Part shown: positions 52,236 through 62,387 of the stretch, in pieces
How positions within the stretch are numbered: the stretch's first letter is position 1
How the letters are laid out: each line of letters starts with the position of its first letter
From: a virus
Reading direction: 5' to 3' (one strand)
Virus record (IMG/VR): IMGVR_UViG_3300049434_000014
Coordinates: 64,001 to 128,000 of that record
DNA length: 64,000 nucleotides
Position numbers and translations under genes: made by a program
Notes under the pieces: model-generated
What the model was told of the DNA's origin: nothing
The model's input: only the letters and a program-made list of their open reading frames with translations
Databases searched by the model: none

Positions 52236-54817
52236 CCGCACCTGCTACGTCGGTAGGGTCGCTGGCGTCTTTGCTGTCGTTGGTTGATGACTCAGCCGCA
52301 CGCAATGTAGCGACTGAAGACCAACTCATTGCTGAAGTAGACAATCTTTACGCTCAGCGGTTGGTTGCCTATCTTGCGTCTTTGCAGAGCCAGCCTCAGG
52401 CACCGGAGGAGGGTGATCTTCATCCATTCTTGGATGCGGCATTGCTCGCTGCAGTGGTGCTTTTGCTGCGACGCGCGTTCCGGGCTGGAGTTGTAGAGGG
52501 CCTTAATTTCGGCGGGGAGAATTTAAGCAAAGTCGGGATCACTTTAGATCCAAGCTTAGTAAAGATCGATAACGCTTTTAGTGACTCTGTCGTTACGGAC
52601 TTCTTGCAGGGTCAAGTTAATCAGGCTTCGAGTTGGGGCAGCAAAGATCCACAGGTGCTGGCTGCGACGCTGTCTCAGCGTGCTGATCTTGGTGTGTTGA
52701 CGGCCTTTCATGGTGGACGTAATGCTGCGTCGGAGGCGTCGTTTGCGCAGGCACCGGGTCAGGTACATAAGTTGTGGGTCGCTCGTTTCGATTTAGAGAC
52801 TGCACCTTGTAGTTTGTGTGTTCGTCTACACGGCATGCATGTTCCGTTAGCTGATAATTTCCACGTTCATGATGATGAGCCTGGGCCTTATCTCGGGACG
52901 CTGTCTCGTCCTCCGAGGCATCCTCGTTGTCGGTGCAGTGTGGTGTTGTACATGCCTACGGAGATGAAGACCGATTCAGGTCCGGCTCCGTTGTCGATGG
53001 TGCAGTATGCCGATCAGGTGTTGCGGATAATCGGTGCGGAGCGCCACGATTTCATCGCAGCCTCAGTAGTCCGGGTTGAGGGATATACGCGTGTTGTAGG
53101 TGGAAAGACCGAGCAGGTAAGTGGTTACTTTTATGACATTAAGACGGGGTTAAAGGTTCCGTCGTCTCAGGTTCCTGGCAATAAAGCACCGAAGGTGTCT
53201 TTGCAGAAGGCTCGCGCGATGGAGCAGAAAGCTAAGTCAGCGGGCGTTGGTAAAACTTCTGGTGGTCCTGGACAGGCTGCTGCTGTTTGGCCTAAAGGTA
53301 CGTATCACATTAATATGCCTGATGGTTCTGTGACTCAGGTGATTGTTAGTGATGATGGTTCTTCTCGAGCTACGTCTAATGGTCAGACGGAGAATGCCGA
53401 TCCTGCTCAGACACATCAGTTTATGTCTTACTGGCAAGAGCATCTTCAGCAGGTTGACAATGCTGATTCTGGACTTCACGATGTGCAGCATCCTGAGCAT
53501 AATATCGGTGGTGTCTCAGTCACGTCTGACCATGTTAAAGAAGCTATCAGCATTCTGAAAAACGAGCCATCGACTTCTGTTAAGGCTCCACTAAAGATTG
53601 CAGATCACCCTCTCGCGTCTGCGGATCTGCGCGGGTTTGCGACCGAGCATGCAGGCACGCCACAGCATTACTCGAAGCTTAAGCAAGGTGTGATCGACGC
53701 GCTTCAGGCAAAGCTGAAGGGTAAGGACGGAGCTCAGCCAAATGCCGGAAAGCCTGAGGCTCCTGGTGCCCCGACGCCTCCTGATGCACCGTCTGCGCCG
53801 AGCGCTCCCGTGTCGGATAAGCAGAAGGCTCCTGACAAAAAGTCGGTTGCTAACCCACCTAGCGCTCCAAACAAGAGTGCGACTCCTCCTGCTGTGCCAG
53901 CAGATCAGGCAAAGACTTGGAAAGACCATCTGGAGAATGCGCGTGTTGCGTTCAAGGTCTCTCCACAACCTGGCGATCACGGGTCGGGGATTGCCGCCGC
54001 TCAGCAACGGGTCGCTACTACGAGACACAAGTATTACGTTCGTAGTGATCAGGGGAATACTCAGATCAGTATGAAGCCGCTTCCCGTGACGGGAAATGGA
54101 CATGATTTGCTAGTGCATTCCAACGGGTCGGTGTATTCACGTTCGTTAGACGGTAGTGGTGCTGAGCAGTTGCATCCTATGTCGCCTGATGAGGTTTCGT
54201 CTTTGACGAGTCCTCATTTTCAGTCTTCTGACAAGGTGTCTCTTGATCGTGCGTTGTCTAATCCTCGTTCGATTAAAGATAATAAGCTTGACGGGTTAAT
54301 GCAGGAAGCATTGACCAGTAACAATATGGATGCGTTTGATAAGTTGGCTGCTGAGGCTGATCGTCGCAGCGCGTCTGAGAAGCGTTCGTCTCAGCAGGAA
54401 GAGCAGCGTGCTGCGCAGCTAGAGAAGCTTCTGATGGAGGGTAAGAACGAGTCTGACGCCATTGAGAAGGTATACGGCGTCTCGGGTGAAGGACAGAAAC
54501 GAAAGTTAGCAATTACTTCATTGCGATCTGATGGTTACACGGGAGTTAACCTTTCGGAGCTGGCTCGTAAGGCTTTCCGAGACGATGTGTATAGCAGATA
54601 TATTGAAGCTGAGAATTCGATGCAAGGACATATGCTTTCGAAGGAAGGTGAGGCTAAGAATATATCTCCAGTGAAGTTGTTTACTGGCTCAGAGGCTACG
54701 GCTATGAAGTACGCGTCTCCTGAGTTGATTGATTACTGGGGAATTCACGGCCGTCCTTCGTTCGATGAATGGTTAAATGATTTTATGGGTGGCTTCGGTA
54801 GTAGTGGAGGTGCCTGA
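52232..54817 (+). CDS. Minor head (MuF-like) protein with long C-terminal extension
   Basis: KLW...CSLCVRLHG...PPRHPRCRC MuF Zn motif; follows portal. Confidence 0.8.
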   Translation: MTAPATSVGSLASLLSLVDDSAARNVATEDQLIAEVDNLYAQRLVAYLASLQSQPQAPEEGDLHPFLDAALLAAVVLLLRRAFRAGVVEGLNFGGENLSKVGITLDPSLVKIDNAFSDSVVTDFLQGQVNQASSWGSKDPQVLAATLSQRADLGVLTAFHGGRNAASEASFAQAPGQVHKLWVARFDLETAPCSLCVRLHGMHVPLADNFHVHDDEPGPYLGTLSRPPRHPRCRCSVVLYMPTEMKTDSGPAPLSMVQYADQVLRIIGAERHDFIAASVVRVEGYTRVVGGKTEQVSGYFYDIKTGLKVPSSQVPGNKAPKVSLQKARAMEQKAKSAGVGKTSGGPGQAAAVWPKGTYHINMPDGSVTQVIVSDDGSSRATSNGQTENADPAQTHQFMSYWQEHLQQVDNADSGLHDVQHPEHNIGGVSVTSDHVKEAISILKNEPSTSVKAPLKIADHPLASADLRGFATEHAGTPQHYSKLKQGVIDALQAKLKGKDGAQPNAGKPEAPGAPTPPDAPSAPSAPVSDKQKAPDKKSVANPPSAPNKSATPPAVPADQAKTWKDHLENARVAFKVSPQPGDHGSGIAAAQQRVATTRHKYYVRSDQGNTQISMKPLPVTGNGHDLLVHSNGSVYSRSLDGSGAEQLHPMSPDEVSSLTSPHFQSSDKVSLDRALSNPRSIKDNKLDGLMQEALTSNNMDAFDKLAAEADRRSASEKRSSQQEEQRAAQLEKLLMEGKNESDAIEKVYGVSGEGQKRKLAITSLRSDGYTGVNLSELARKAFRDDVYSRYIEAENSMQGHMLSKEGEAKNISPVKLFTGSEATAMKYASPELIDYWGIHGRPSFDEWLNDFMGGFGSSGGA

Positions 54818-54818
54818 G

Positions 54819-55022
54819 ATGTCTGTGGAGCGAGAGATGGTTGACGCCTACCGAGCGGGTGAGGTGGCGGCCCGCTCTGGGCAGCTGGTGGCGACTAATC
54901 CTTTCGATGCTGAAGCGACGACGGCTCGCGATCGAGTGCAGGCTTTGATGTGGATGCGCGGGTACGGCGCGGGCAATCCGGTGGAAGACGATGCGGGGGA
55001 GACGTCTTCATCTGCCGAATAA
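54819..55022 (+). CDS. Small Rmf-like protein
   Basis: AYRAGEVAARSG....NPF......MWMRGY pattern. Confidence 0.55.
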   Translation: MSVEREMVDAYRAGEVAARSGQLVATNPFDAEATTARDRVQALMWMRGYGAGNPVEDDAGETSSSAE

Positions 55023-55028
55023 TGAGGC

Positions 55029-56225
55029 ATGGATCCGAAGTGTGTAATCGCACCTAGTCCACTTTCGGACTGGACTGCGGTCGATGAAGATACGGTTGAG
55101 CTTGCCCGCAAGAAGCAGGGCACTTTGTACCGTAAGCATATCTTGAATCGTGGCGAGTTGCACCATCCACTTACCGGCACAAAGATTACCATTGACGATG
55201 CTTTTGTAACGCATCTTCAGACTAACTTCGCGAACAATGTTTGCGACATTGTTCAGGTTCCTTTGGCTAATGACCAAAATGAGCATGTTGAAAATCCTGC
55301 CGCGAATGTCGGTGAGGTTCTCGGCATTGAGGATGATAAGAAGACCGGCAAGATTTACGCATTGGTTGATGCGCGTAAGCATGCTGATGACTTCGGCAAG
55401 ACGATCCTCGGTGCATCTGCTTTCCTGCATTTGAATTACAAGGACTCGAAGACCAATAAGCGTGTCGGACCCACGCTTTTACATGTCGCTGCCACTAACC
55501 GCCCGTACGTCACGGGTCTGGATCCTTATGAGCCAGTCGTGGCAGCGAGTGCCGAATACTTGGGCGAGCCCGCTCTTATGCAGATGAGCGGTGGGAACGA
55601 TCGGGAGAGTGCTATGCCCCGCAGTTTGGAAGAGGTGCTCACCGAGCTGCGCACCGATCATGAGATCGATGTTAACGCTCTCCGCACCCAGCTTACTGAT
55701 GTTGAGAAGGCGAAGGCCGACGAGGCTGCTCGGGCTGAGGCTGCAATTGTTACTGCCAAGGCTGCGGAGGACAAGTTGGCTGCTACTACCACGAAGCTTA
55801 CTCAGGCTCTTGCAGGGTCTGAGGAGGGTACCAAGCTTACCGGTTCTGGCGATGTGAGTAGTGAGGATGTCGTCAATGCAGTTGCCGAGTTGGCTCAGCG
55901 CAACGTGGCTCTCAGCGCAGCTCAGGAAGCTTCGGTCGACCGCATCGCGGCTTTGGAAAAGCGCAACGTCGAAGCGGAAATCGACGGACTGATCAAGGAG
56001 GGTCGTATCCTTCCGGCCAAGCGTGAGGTTTTCCTTACGATGGCTTTGACCAGTCGTGAGATTTTTGATCAGGTTGTTCCAGACGAGCCGATTGTGGCTT
56101 TGAATGCAGAGCGTGGCGTTGCACCTCGCGCTGATGAGCACGGCAAGCGTGAGTTTGACGTGGAGGCCGAGCTTGCTCGTTTGACGGCCCCCGGTGGTCC
56201 TGCAGCGGAGTACGTGCGGTCGTAA
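55029..56225 (+). CDS. Prohead protease/scaffold (Mu gpI-like)
   Basis: H, GASAF, GPTLLHVAATNRPYVTGL; coiled-coil C-terminal half; IKEGRILPA. Confidence 0.85.
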   Translation: MDPKCVIAPSPLSDWTAVDEDTVELARKKQGTLYRKHILNRGELHHPLTGTKITIDDAFVTHLQTNFANNVCDIVQVPLANDQNEHVENPAANVGEVLGIEDDKKTGKIYALVDARKHADDFGKTILGASAFLHLNYKDSKTNKRVGPTLLHVAATNRPYVTGLDPYEPVVAASAEYLGEPALMQMSGGNDRESAMPRSLEEVLTELRTDHEIDVNALRTQLTDVEKAKADEAARAEAAIVTAKAAEDKLAATTTKLTQALAGSEEGTKLTGSGDVSSEDVVNAVAELAQRNVALSAAQEASVDRIAALEKRNVEAEIDGLIKEGRILPAKREVFLTMALTSREIFDQVVPDEPIVALNAERGVAPRADEHGKREFDVEAELARLTAPGGPAAEYVRS

Positions 56226-56267
56226 TCGTGTGACCGCTGCCGGTCACTAGCGAGAGGATAAGCAGCC

Positions 56268-56672
56268 ATGGTTGTGGAGTACGTCGGCAATATCATCCCG
56301 GCGCCTAGTTACATTAAGGGCAACACTTCTACTGACGATGAGTTGCTCGCGTCAACTGCACGGTTCACTCAGAAAGGTGTGACCCTCGCCCCCGGCTTGG
56401 GCATTATCAATTTGGGCACCGTTATGGCGCAGCGTACGTCGGATAAGAAGTGGATTCCGTATAGCGACGCTGGCTCTGGGGGTGCGAGTGTCGCGCGCGG
56501 TGTTCTCCGTCGTGGTGTTGATACTGGCACTGACGTGAATGGTCGTGTGTTCCAGGGCAACGTTGTTATTTCAGGTGTCCTCAAGCTCGACCGCGTGGTC
56601 GGGTCGGATGCTGCAGCGATCTCTGATTTGAATGCACGTACCGACACTGTTTTGAATATGTTCATCTTCTAA
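56268..56672 (+). CDS. Head decoration protein
   Basis: KGVTLAPG.G....GTVMA...W.PY...ARGVL; lies between scaffold and capsid genes. Confidence 0.8.
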   Translation: MVVEYVGNIIPAPSYIKGNTSTDDELLASTARFTQKGVTLAPGLGIINLGTVMAQRTSDKKWIPYSDAGSGGASVARGVLRRGVDTGTDVNGRVFQGNVVISGVLKLDRVVGSDAAAISDLNARTDTVLNMFIF

Positions 56673-56787
56673 TAGCTAGCTAGGCCAGCCGGTTGACGCG
56701 TAAGCGTGGCGCAGGTCGGGATCCAAGACGGATTCGCTGATGGATGGCAAGTTTCGCAGTCAGGTAAGGATGGCTGCATGAGCGAGA

Positions 56788-57798
56788 GTGGTGGCTACTT
56801 TGCCTGATATCGGCCTTCTAGAACCTGTGGTGTTGCGCGGGGTTGTTGAGAAGCTTCAGACCCCGGAAACGCTCATCATGAAGAATCGCATTCCTAGTGG
56901 TCCGTGGCCGTACCCGGTTGCACGTTGGGATGTGATTCGTGGTTCGCGAGCGGTGGCGCGCCCGAACGTCCCTAACTCTGAGGCGCACATTGTGCCTCGG
57001 CTGGGCCGGTCGCAGGAAAGCGCGAGCTTCATCTACCTGCGTGAGAAGAAGATCTTCGAGCCGACCACGTTGCACTGGCTTCGTGAACCGGGTCAGCTGG
57101 CTGCGATCAATGCGGAGAAGGCTGTTCTTCGTGAGATCAATGACCTGAACATTCGATTCGACAACTTCGTTGAGTTCTGTTCTTGGCAGGCTCTGAAGGG
57201 TCGCATCGTTTTGGACTATACCGATGTGCAGGCTGACATCGACTATAAGTTCACCACAGCGCATAAGCCCACGGCGTCGACTCTGTGGACTACTGCAACG
57301 GTTCCGCAGATCATCTCCGACATCCGGGCGTGGAAGCGGCTTATTCAGCGCGACGGCCAGGTGCCTGTTCGTGAGGCGTTCGCGACGGAGAACACGCTGG
57401 CGTTGATTTTCGAGGCGTTCGCTCGGGACAATAACGCTGCCGGTTTGATGTCGGATCGTATGCGTGATGAGTACTACTCATCTGGCATGCTTCCGGGATT
57501 CCTTGGAATGAACTGGATTGCTGTCGAGTCAATCTATGAGACCGATGATGGTACTCAGACTCGATTCCTCGAAGAGGGCACGTTGATTCTTGCCAACATG
57601 GAAGACAACCGTCCGATTGAATTCCTTGAGGGTCCGACCGCTGACGACGACGCTCCCCCGGGCCACACTGGGAAGTTCTCGAAGACGTGGAAAGAGGAAG
57701 ACCCGAGTCATCGTCAGTACCTCCTCGAGTACTCGTTCTTGCCGATCATCACCCGTCCCGAGCAATTTGTGGTGGCGTCCGTAGGCGTTCACCCCTGA
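56788..57798 (+). CDS. Major capsid protein (phage capsid E family)
   Basis: 336 aa; E....QALKG.I, IDY....HK, DP....LL....LP. Confidence 0.88.
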   Translation: MVATLPDIGLLEPVVLRGVVEKLQTPETLIMKNRIPSGPWPYPVARWDVIRGSRAVARPNVPNSEAHIVPRLGRSQESASFIYLREKKIFEPTTLHWLREPGQLAAINAEKAVLREINDLNIRFDNFVEFCSWQALKGRIVLDYTDVQADIDYKFTTAHKPTASTLWTTATVPQIISDIRAWKRLIQRDGQVPVREAFATENTLALIFEAFARDNNAAGLMSDRMRDEYYSSGMLPGFLGMNWIAVESIYETDDGTQTRFLEEGTLILANMEDNRPIEFLEGPTADDDAPPGHTGKFSKTWKEEDPSHRQYLLEYSFLPIITRPEQFVVASVGVHP

Positions 57799-57820
57799 TA
57801 AGCAATTAGTATAGGAGCAC

Positions 57821-58312
57821 ATGATGCCCACTGATTCGCCTAAGTTTGCGAGCCCTCCTACTCGGAGGGTTATCGCTCCTAGCATTCCTGATGCTGTTCC
57901 ACCTCCGTTGGATAATCAGGGGGATGTAGTAGCGAGTGCTGCTCCACTTGATGACGATTTGAGCGATCTTCTTCCTGAGGTGACACCTTCTGTCGCTGCG
58001 CAGGATGGATCAACTGTCTTGATTCATATTCTCGAAGACGGTTTTACGGCGGCTGGTCAGGTTTGGTATCGCGGTCAGGAGATTGAGTACGTCGTCGGTG
58101 AGCAGGCTTTCGAAGACACCAAGGATCGTTATGGCCGTTCCTGGCTCGCTCTCGATGACGCGGGTCAGATGCAGCATTGGGGTCGTGTGATGTTTCGACG
58201 CGGTCCGTGGACAGGCACTAGTTATGACGATCCTCGTGCGGCTGCAGCGGAGCTTGCTCGCGCTCGTCGTCCGAAGTCGCTAGCTGGTATCGCGCCTCCT
58301 GGTCGGAGGTGA
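57821..58312 (+). CDS. Hypothetical virion-module protein
   Basis: AGGAG RBS; follows major capsid gene. Confidence 0.65.
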   Translation: MMPTDSPKFASPPTRRVIAPSIPDAVPPPLDNQGDVVASAAPLDDDLSDLLPEVTPSVAAQDGSTVLIHILEDGFTAAGQVWYRGQEIEYVVGEQAFEDTKDRYGRSWLALDDAGQMQHWGRVMFRRGPWTGTSYDDPRAAAAELARARRPKSLAGIAPPGRR

Positions 58313-58427
58313 ACAAGCTTTGAGTATTGAACGCGCGATCGTTGTTTGTATCATGGTGATACTTGCATTGATTGTGATTGCTTTCTTGTTTCACATCCTC
58401 GGTGTTCTTATCTGAGTAGGTGAGGTC

Positions 58428-58979
58428 ATGGACTCCGGACTGACCCTCATCGACTTAGCTGATTTCACTGGTAAGGCTACTACTTATTATGGTCGCTACG
58501 TCACTGAGGCTTTGGAACAGGCGTCTGATCTCTTTGAGCTGGCCACAGCTTTGGAAGAGATGCCCGATCCTGGGTTGAACTTTCGTCTCGCCAAGCGCGG
58601 CATTCTCTCTATGGCCGAGGTGCTTTATGAGGGACAGGTTGTTCGAGATCTGCGATTCTCTCCGTTTAAGTCTGAGACGATTGGTTCGTACACCTATTCG
58701 TTGGCCCAGGCTGCTGTGCTCGAAGGGATTCCTACGGGGATCTCCTGGTTTGACCTTGCTGTCGCTCGATTGAAGACGGGGGTAACTACAATTGGGTCCT
58801 CAAAAATACGTGTCTTCGACCGCCCAGGAGATCTCGTCACGACTCCCGACGGTGAAACCTATCTCCCTGGTCCTGCGGACTCAAACTCATTCAAGGGGTC
58901 TCCTTCATTACGTAATCGTTTTCTCCGTGGTGATATTGGCGATCCTTATTACGAAGAAATTGATGGAGTTGTCCCTTGA
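58428..58979 (+). CDS. Head-tail adaptor
   Basis: SETIGSYTYS motif; position. Confidence 0.75.
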   Translation: MDSGLTLIDLADFTGKATTYYGRYVTEALEQASDLFELATALEEMPDPGLNFRLAKRGILSMAEVLYEGQVVRDLRFSPFKSETIGSYTYSLAQAAVLEGIPTGISWFDLAVARLKTGVTTIGSSKIRVFDRPGDLVTTPDGETYLPGPADSNSFKGSPSLRNRFLRGDIGDPYYEEIDGVVP

Positions 58980-59362
58980 TAGGGAGTCACCTGATGCCGT
59001 CTCGGGTGAGGGTTCTGAGACCGAGAGTATCGACTGAGGACGGCATTCTCTCCACGTCATGGTCGGCTGTGTCGGGCATGGAGAGTTTGATGTGTCGCTT
59101 GGAGGTAGGGCTGTTTCGTCCGGGTAAGGATCAGCCTCTGCCTATCCAGGCGGGTCGTGCTCCTGATCGGGTGGCTGTGGTGTGGGTGGCTCCTGACACA
59201 GACTTACGCCCAGGAGATCATCTGGAGTGCGTAGGCGGGCCGGTTAAAGGTACGTGGGAGATGCGTACGACTCTTGATGCTGCGGTTGCGATGAATCGAC
59301 TGCATCATTTAGAGGGGCAGGTGGTGGAGTTGCCGCCATCGGTTGTGGCTGGCTCGCAGTGA
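58976..59362 (+). CDS. Head-tail stopper
   Basis: DLRPGD, HHLE motif; position. Confidence 0.7.
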   Translation: MIGSHLMPSRVRVLRPRVSTEDGILSTSWSAVSGMESLMCRLEVGLFRPGKDQPLPIQAGRAPDRVAVVWVAPDTDLRPGDHLECVGGPVKGTWEMRTTLDAAVAMNRLHHLEGQVVELPPSVVAGSQ

Positions 59363-59736
59363 CGGTTCATTTTCAGATTGAGATGCAAGGTTGGTTTGAC
59401 GCTCTAGACGCTATTACGGGTCCGGGGGATGCGACTGTTGCTGCTCTGACAGCGGTAATGGAGGCAGGGTTCAAAGAGACTCAGGCGCTGGTGCACGTAA
59501 TTACGGGATCGTTGAAGAATTCTGGACGCGTGGTTTTCGAGCGGTCCGCTGCGGAGTGGTCCGGGGAGATCATTTATGGTGGTGCCTCCCCTGGGTTTCC
59601 CAATGATCCCGTCGATTACGCCTCGGCTGAGTTTGGTCGTGGGGGACTTCATGATGCATTGAAGAATACTGACCTCATGCATCATGATTTGCTTAAAGCA
59701 ATGTACGCGTCAATGGAAGCGGGGATGGCTGAGTGA
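59359..59736 (+). CDS. HK97 gp10-like neck protein
   Basis: VHVITGSLKNSG, VDYA..E. Confidence 0.7.
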   Translation: MTVHFQIEMQGWFDALDAITGPGDATVAALTAVMEAGFKETQALVHVITGSLKNSGRVVFERSAAEWSGEIIYGGASPGFPNDPVDYASAEFGRGGLHDALKNTDLMHHDLLKAMYASMEAGMAE

Positions 59737-60242
59737 CCCTTTCCGCTCCTGCCACTCTCGACGTTGCGCTGGCGGCTCGTAGGTTCCTTGCTGCTATTCC
59801 TGCGTGTAGGGCTGTGTTAGGGCCTTCAGGAGCGGACACGGAGTCAACGGTGTGGTTGTTTACGCGTTCGATGTCTGTGGTTGTGGAGGGCACTTCGCGG
59901 TGCGCTGCAGTGTTGTCTGTTGCCGGTCCGTGGGCTCGACCCAATGAGCACAACACAGCGCGGTTCCCTCGTTTGCAGCTGGAGATCTTTGCGGATCCGT
60001 CTCGTTCGGGCGGTGCGATTACGACGCGAGATGCCGAGGCTCGAGCGTGGGCGGCGTGGGATCCTTTTGACAAGGTGTTGCACAGACCTCGTGGGTTCTC
60101 CGAGATGTGGGGAGCGAAGGATTCCGATTTAGGTCTACGGGTGTGGGGGTCGTTGAGGACATCAGATCCAGATACGTTTCCTACACCTGATTGGGATGGC
60201 GGTCAGAGACTCTTAGTCCATTACGGCCTGTGCACGGGGTGA
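59733..60242 (+). CDS. Tail terminator
   Basis: PRLQLEIFAD; position. Confidence 0.6.
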   Translation: MTLSAPATLDVALAARRFLAAIPACRAVLGPSGADTESTVWLFTRSMSVVVEGTSRCAAVLSVAGPWARPNEHNTARFPRLQLEIFADPSRSGGAITTRDAEARAWAAWDPFDKVLHRPRGFSEMWGAKDSDLGLRVWGSLRTSDPDTFPTPDWDGGQRLLVHYGLCTG

Positions 60243-61420
60243 CATTGAAGGTTTTAGTTTCTACTCCTGTTAATTCTGTTACTGGTTACGGTAACGATGG
60301 TATCGAGCTTATTCAGGCATTGGTTCGTTGGGGTGCTGATGTCTATACCGTCCCAGCGTCAGTGTTTCCGCCCGTTCCGCGCGAGGTTGCGGCTGTTTTT
60401 ACGAAGCCTATTCCCTCACATGTTGACTTGCTGATCTCTCATAAATGTCCACAAGAGTTGGCTCATCCGGATCGATGTGGCATCTTCTCGGTCGCCACGG
60501 TTGCTTTGGCTTGGACGATGTGGGAGTGGGATTCGATAGCTAATGTTGACACGATTAGTGATTTGAATTGCGAGCATGCGTTTCGGGTAACGGATAATTT
60601 GCGTGATTCGTTGGCGCGTTTCGACGCGACTCTGGCTTACGATGAAGTGTCGAAGTCTGCACTGGATCCCTTCCATGATAACATTCATGTGTTGCAGGGT
60701 GGTGTGACTCCGTTAGATTACATGGCTCGTGACTGGTTTTCGAATCCTTTTCGTTTTATAATGTGTGGTGTTCTGTCTGCTCGCAAGAACCCGTTTGCTG
60801 CGATTAATGCATTTAAGAAGTTGCGCGACGCGGGTGAGCTTGAGCATGCGACATTGACGCTGAAGAGTACGTATCCTGGACTTCACCCTCGGATGGAGAA
60901 GTGGTGTCCTGGACTGCATTTGATTCACGATTTGTGGCCTATCGAACAGGTACATGAGTTTTTCGGACAAAGTCACGTGATGGTGGCACCCTCGTGGGGT
61001 GAAGGCAAGAACCGACCGGCTATTGAGTTTGCGACGTCTGGCGGCGCTGTAGTCGCACCCATGATTGGCGGGCATGCGCAGTGGATGTCTTCTGAGTATA
61101 CGTGGCCGGTCAGATATAATCTTAAAGACTTTGGGTCTGGCTCGCACGGTGCGGATGTAGATGTCGATCATCTTGCTGAGATCATGTTGGAGCTTTATAC
61201 CGACCGTGCGTCTACGAGATTGCGCGCTGAAAGAGCAGCTCAATGCCTGCCAGCGCAGGTGGCTTGGCCGTCTGTGTTAGAGAGGCTCATGTTTCGTCTC
61301 CCGGCTATCGCGGGCGGTCGAGGCTCGGAGGTGTCCGCGCTGATGCGGGCTTGCCGCCGCGCTCCTGCGTCTGAGGGTGTTCATTTAGCTTCTGCACGTA
61401 GTGCACTTGATCCTGTATGA
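60239..61420 (+). CDS. Glycosyltransferase (GT-B, GT4-like)
   Basis: TGYG, TMWE, RKN, APSWGEGKNRPAIEFATSG..VV...GG. Confidence 0.85.
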   Translation: MTLKVLVSTPVNSVTGYGNDGIELIQALVRWGADVYTVPASVFPPVPREVAAVFTKPIPSHVDLLISHKCPQELAHPDRCGIFSVATVALAWTMWEWDSIANVDTISDLNCEHAFRVTDNLRDSLARFDATLAYDEVSKSALDPFHDNIHVLQGGVTPLDYMARDWFSNPFRFIMCGVLSARKNPFAAINAFKKLRDAGELEHATLTLKSTYPGLHPRMEKWCPGLHLIHDLWPIEQVHEFFGQSHVMVAPSWGEGKNRPAIEFATSGGAVVAPMIGGHAQWMSSEYTWPVRYNLKDFGSGSHGADVDVDHLAEIMLELYTDRASTRLRAERAAQCLPAQVAWPSVLERLMFRLPAIAGGRGSEVSALMRACRRAPASEGVHLASARSALDPV

Positions 61421-61445
61421 TTCGACGCGCGCCGAATACGCAAGT

Positions 61446-61721
61446 GTGCCTACGGTGACATTCCCTCACGAAGTTGAGCTGCGGTGTCCTGTTGGGCCTC
61501 GGAAGTTGTTTGCCAAGCTGAGACTTGATGGCGTACAGCCGACTGTGACTTCAGGCAATCTCTTGGAGATGGCCTGTCAGGATTGTAGACGTCGGGCTCG
61601 TTCTGAGGGTCGTACTGATGTGGGATTCGTTCTCCACCGTTTCGATATTGTGGGTCGCCTTGTCGAGACTGTGATCGTCGCGCCAGTGGTTGACGGTGCC
61701 GAATACCCCAGCGAAGGCTAG
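61446..61721 (+). CDS. Small Zn-binding protein
   Basis: ELRCP..., ACQDC, HRFD; GTG 7 nt after GCCGAATA. Confidence 0.6.
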   Translation: MPTVTFPHEVELRCPVGPRKLFAKLRLDGVQPTVTSGNLLEMACQDCRRRARSEGRTDVGFVLHRFDIVGRLVETVIVAPVVDGAEYPSEG

Positions 61722-61800
61722 CGCCGTCATCGGTGTTGAGAGCAGTGAATGCCAATAGCCAGTTAGCGTCCGCGTTGTATGTAGACGAGAGGTTATTGGT

Positions 61801-62346
61801 ATGCCGTCAACTGGCATTTATGAGGCATTTAGCGTCTCGCATGCAGCGATTCTGGATGGTACGACTGGCGCTGAGTCTGCGGACATCTATGGTGTTCGTC
61901 AGGGTTCTGTTTCGATCAACTCAGACTCGCACGACAATACCGGCGATAACGCTGTTTTGTCCAACTGGTTTTGGTTCAACTATGCAGAGATCACGATCTC
62001 TTCAGGTTACATTCCATTCAGTGTTATTGCCTTGCTCACTGGGGCTCCTGCTACGTCGTCTGGTGACACGTGGTCGCTACCGATGTGGACGGCGGATAGC
62101 CTCAACCAGCCTGCTCGCCCAGTCCTGATCCGGGTTCCGTCTAAGGATTCTGCTGGCGCAGCACGAATCATGGACATCATTTTGTACAAGGTTCAGTTCA
62201 TGCCAATTGCGTTTGACGGTCCTAACTACAAGGACGGCATGACTTTGAACTATACGGGTCGGGCAGTGATCTCTCCGGTTGATGAGTTGGGTGCGTCACT
62301 TACTACCCACGCTATTGGTCGGTTGGTCAACAAGCCGTCTCCGTGA
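61801..62346 (+). CDS. Major tail protein
   Basis: 181 aa beta-rich; directly upstream of the tail chaperones. Confidence 0.75.
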   Translation: MPSTGIYEAFSVSHAAILDGTTGAESADIYGVRQGSVSINSDSHDNTGDNAVLSNWFWFNYAEITISSGYIPFSVIALLTGAPATSSGDTWSLPMWTADSLNQPARPVLIRVPSKDSAGAARIMDIILYKVQFMPIAFDGPNYKDGMTLNYTGRAVISPVDELGASLTTHAIGRLVNKPSP

Positions 62347-62387
62347 TCCTTCGTTAATCATCTTTTACTAAGACGCCAAGGAGCGCA

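Noticed and set aside
10641-56141. Long minus-strand ORFs (e.g. 10641-11360, 14083-14841, 25016-25900, 55479-56141)
   Set aside because: Antisense shadows of well-supported + strand genes; no recognisable motifs
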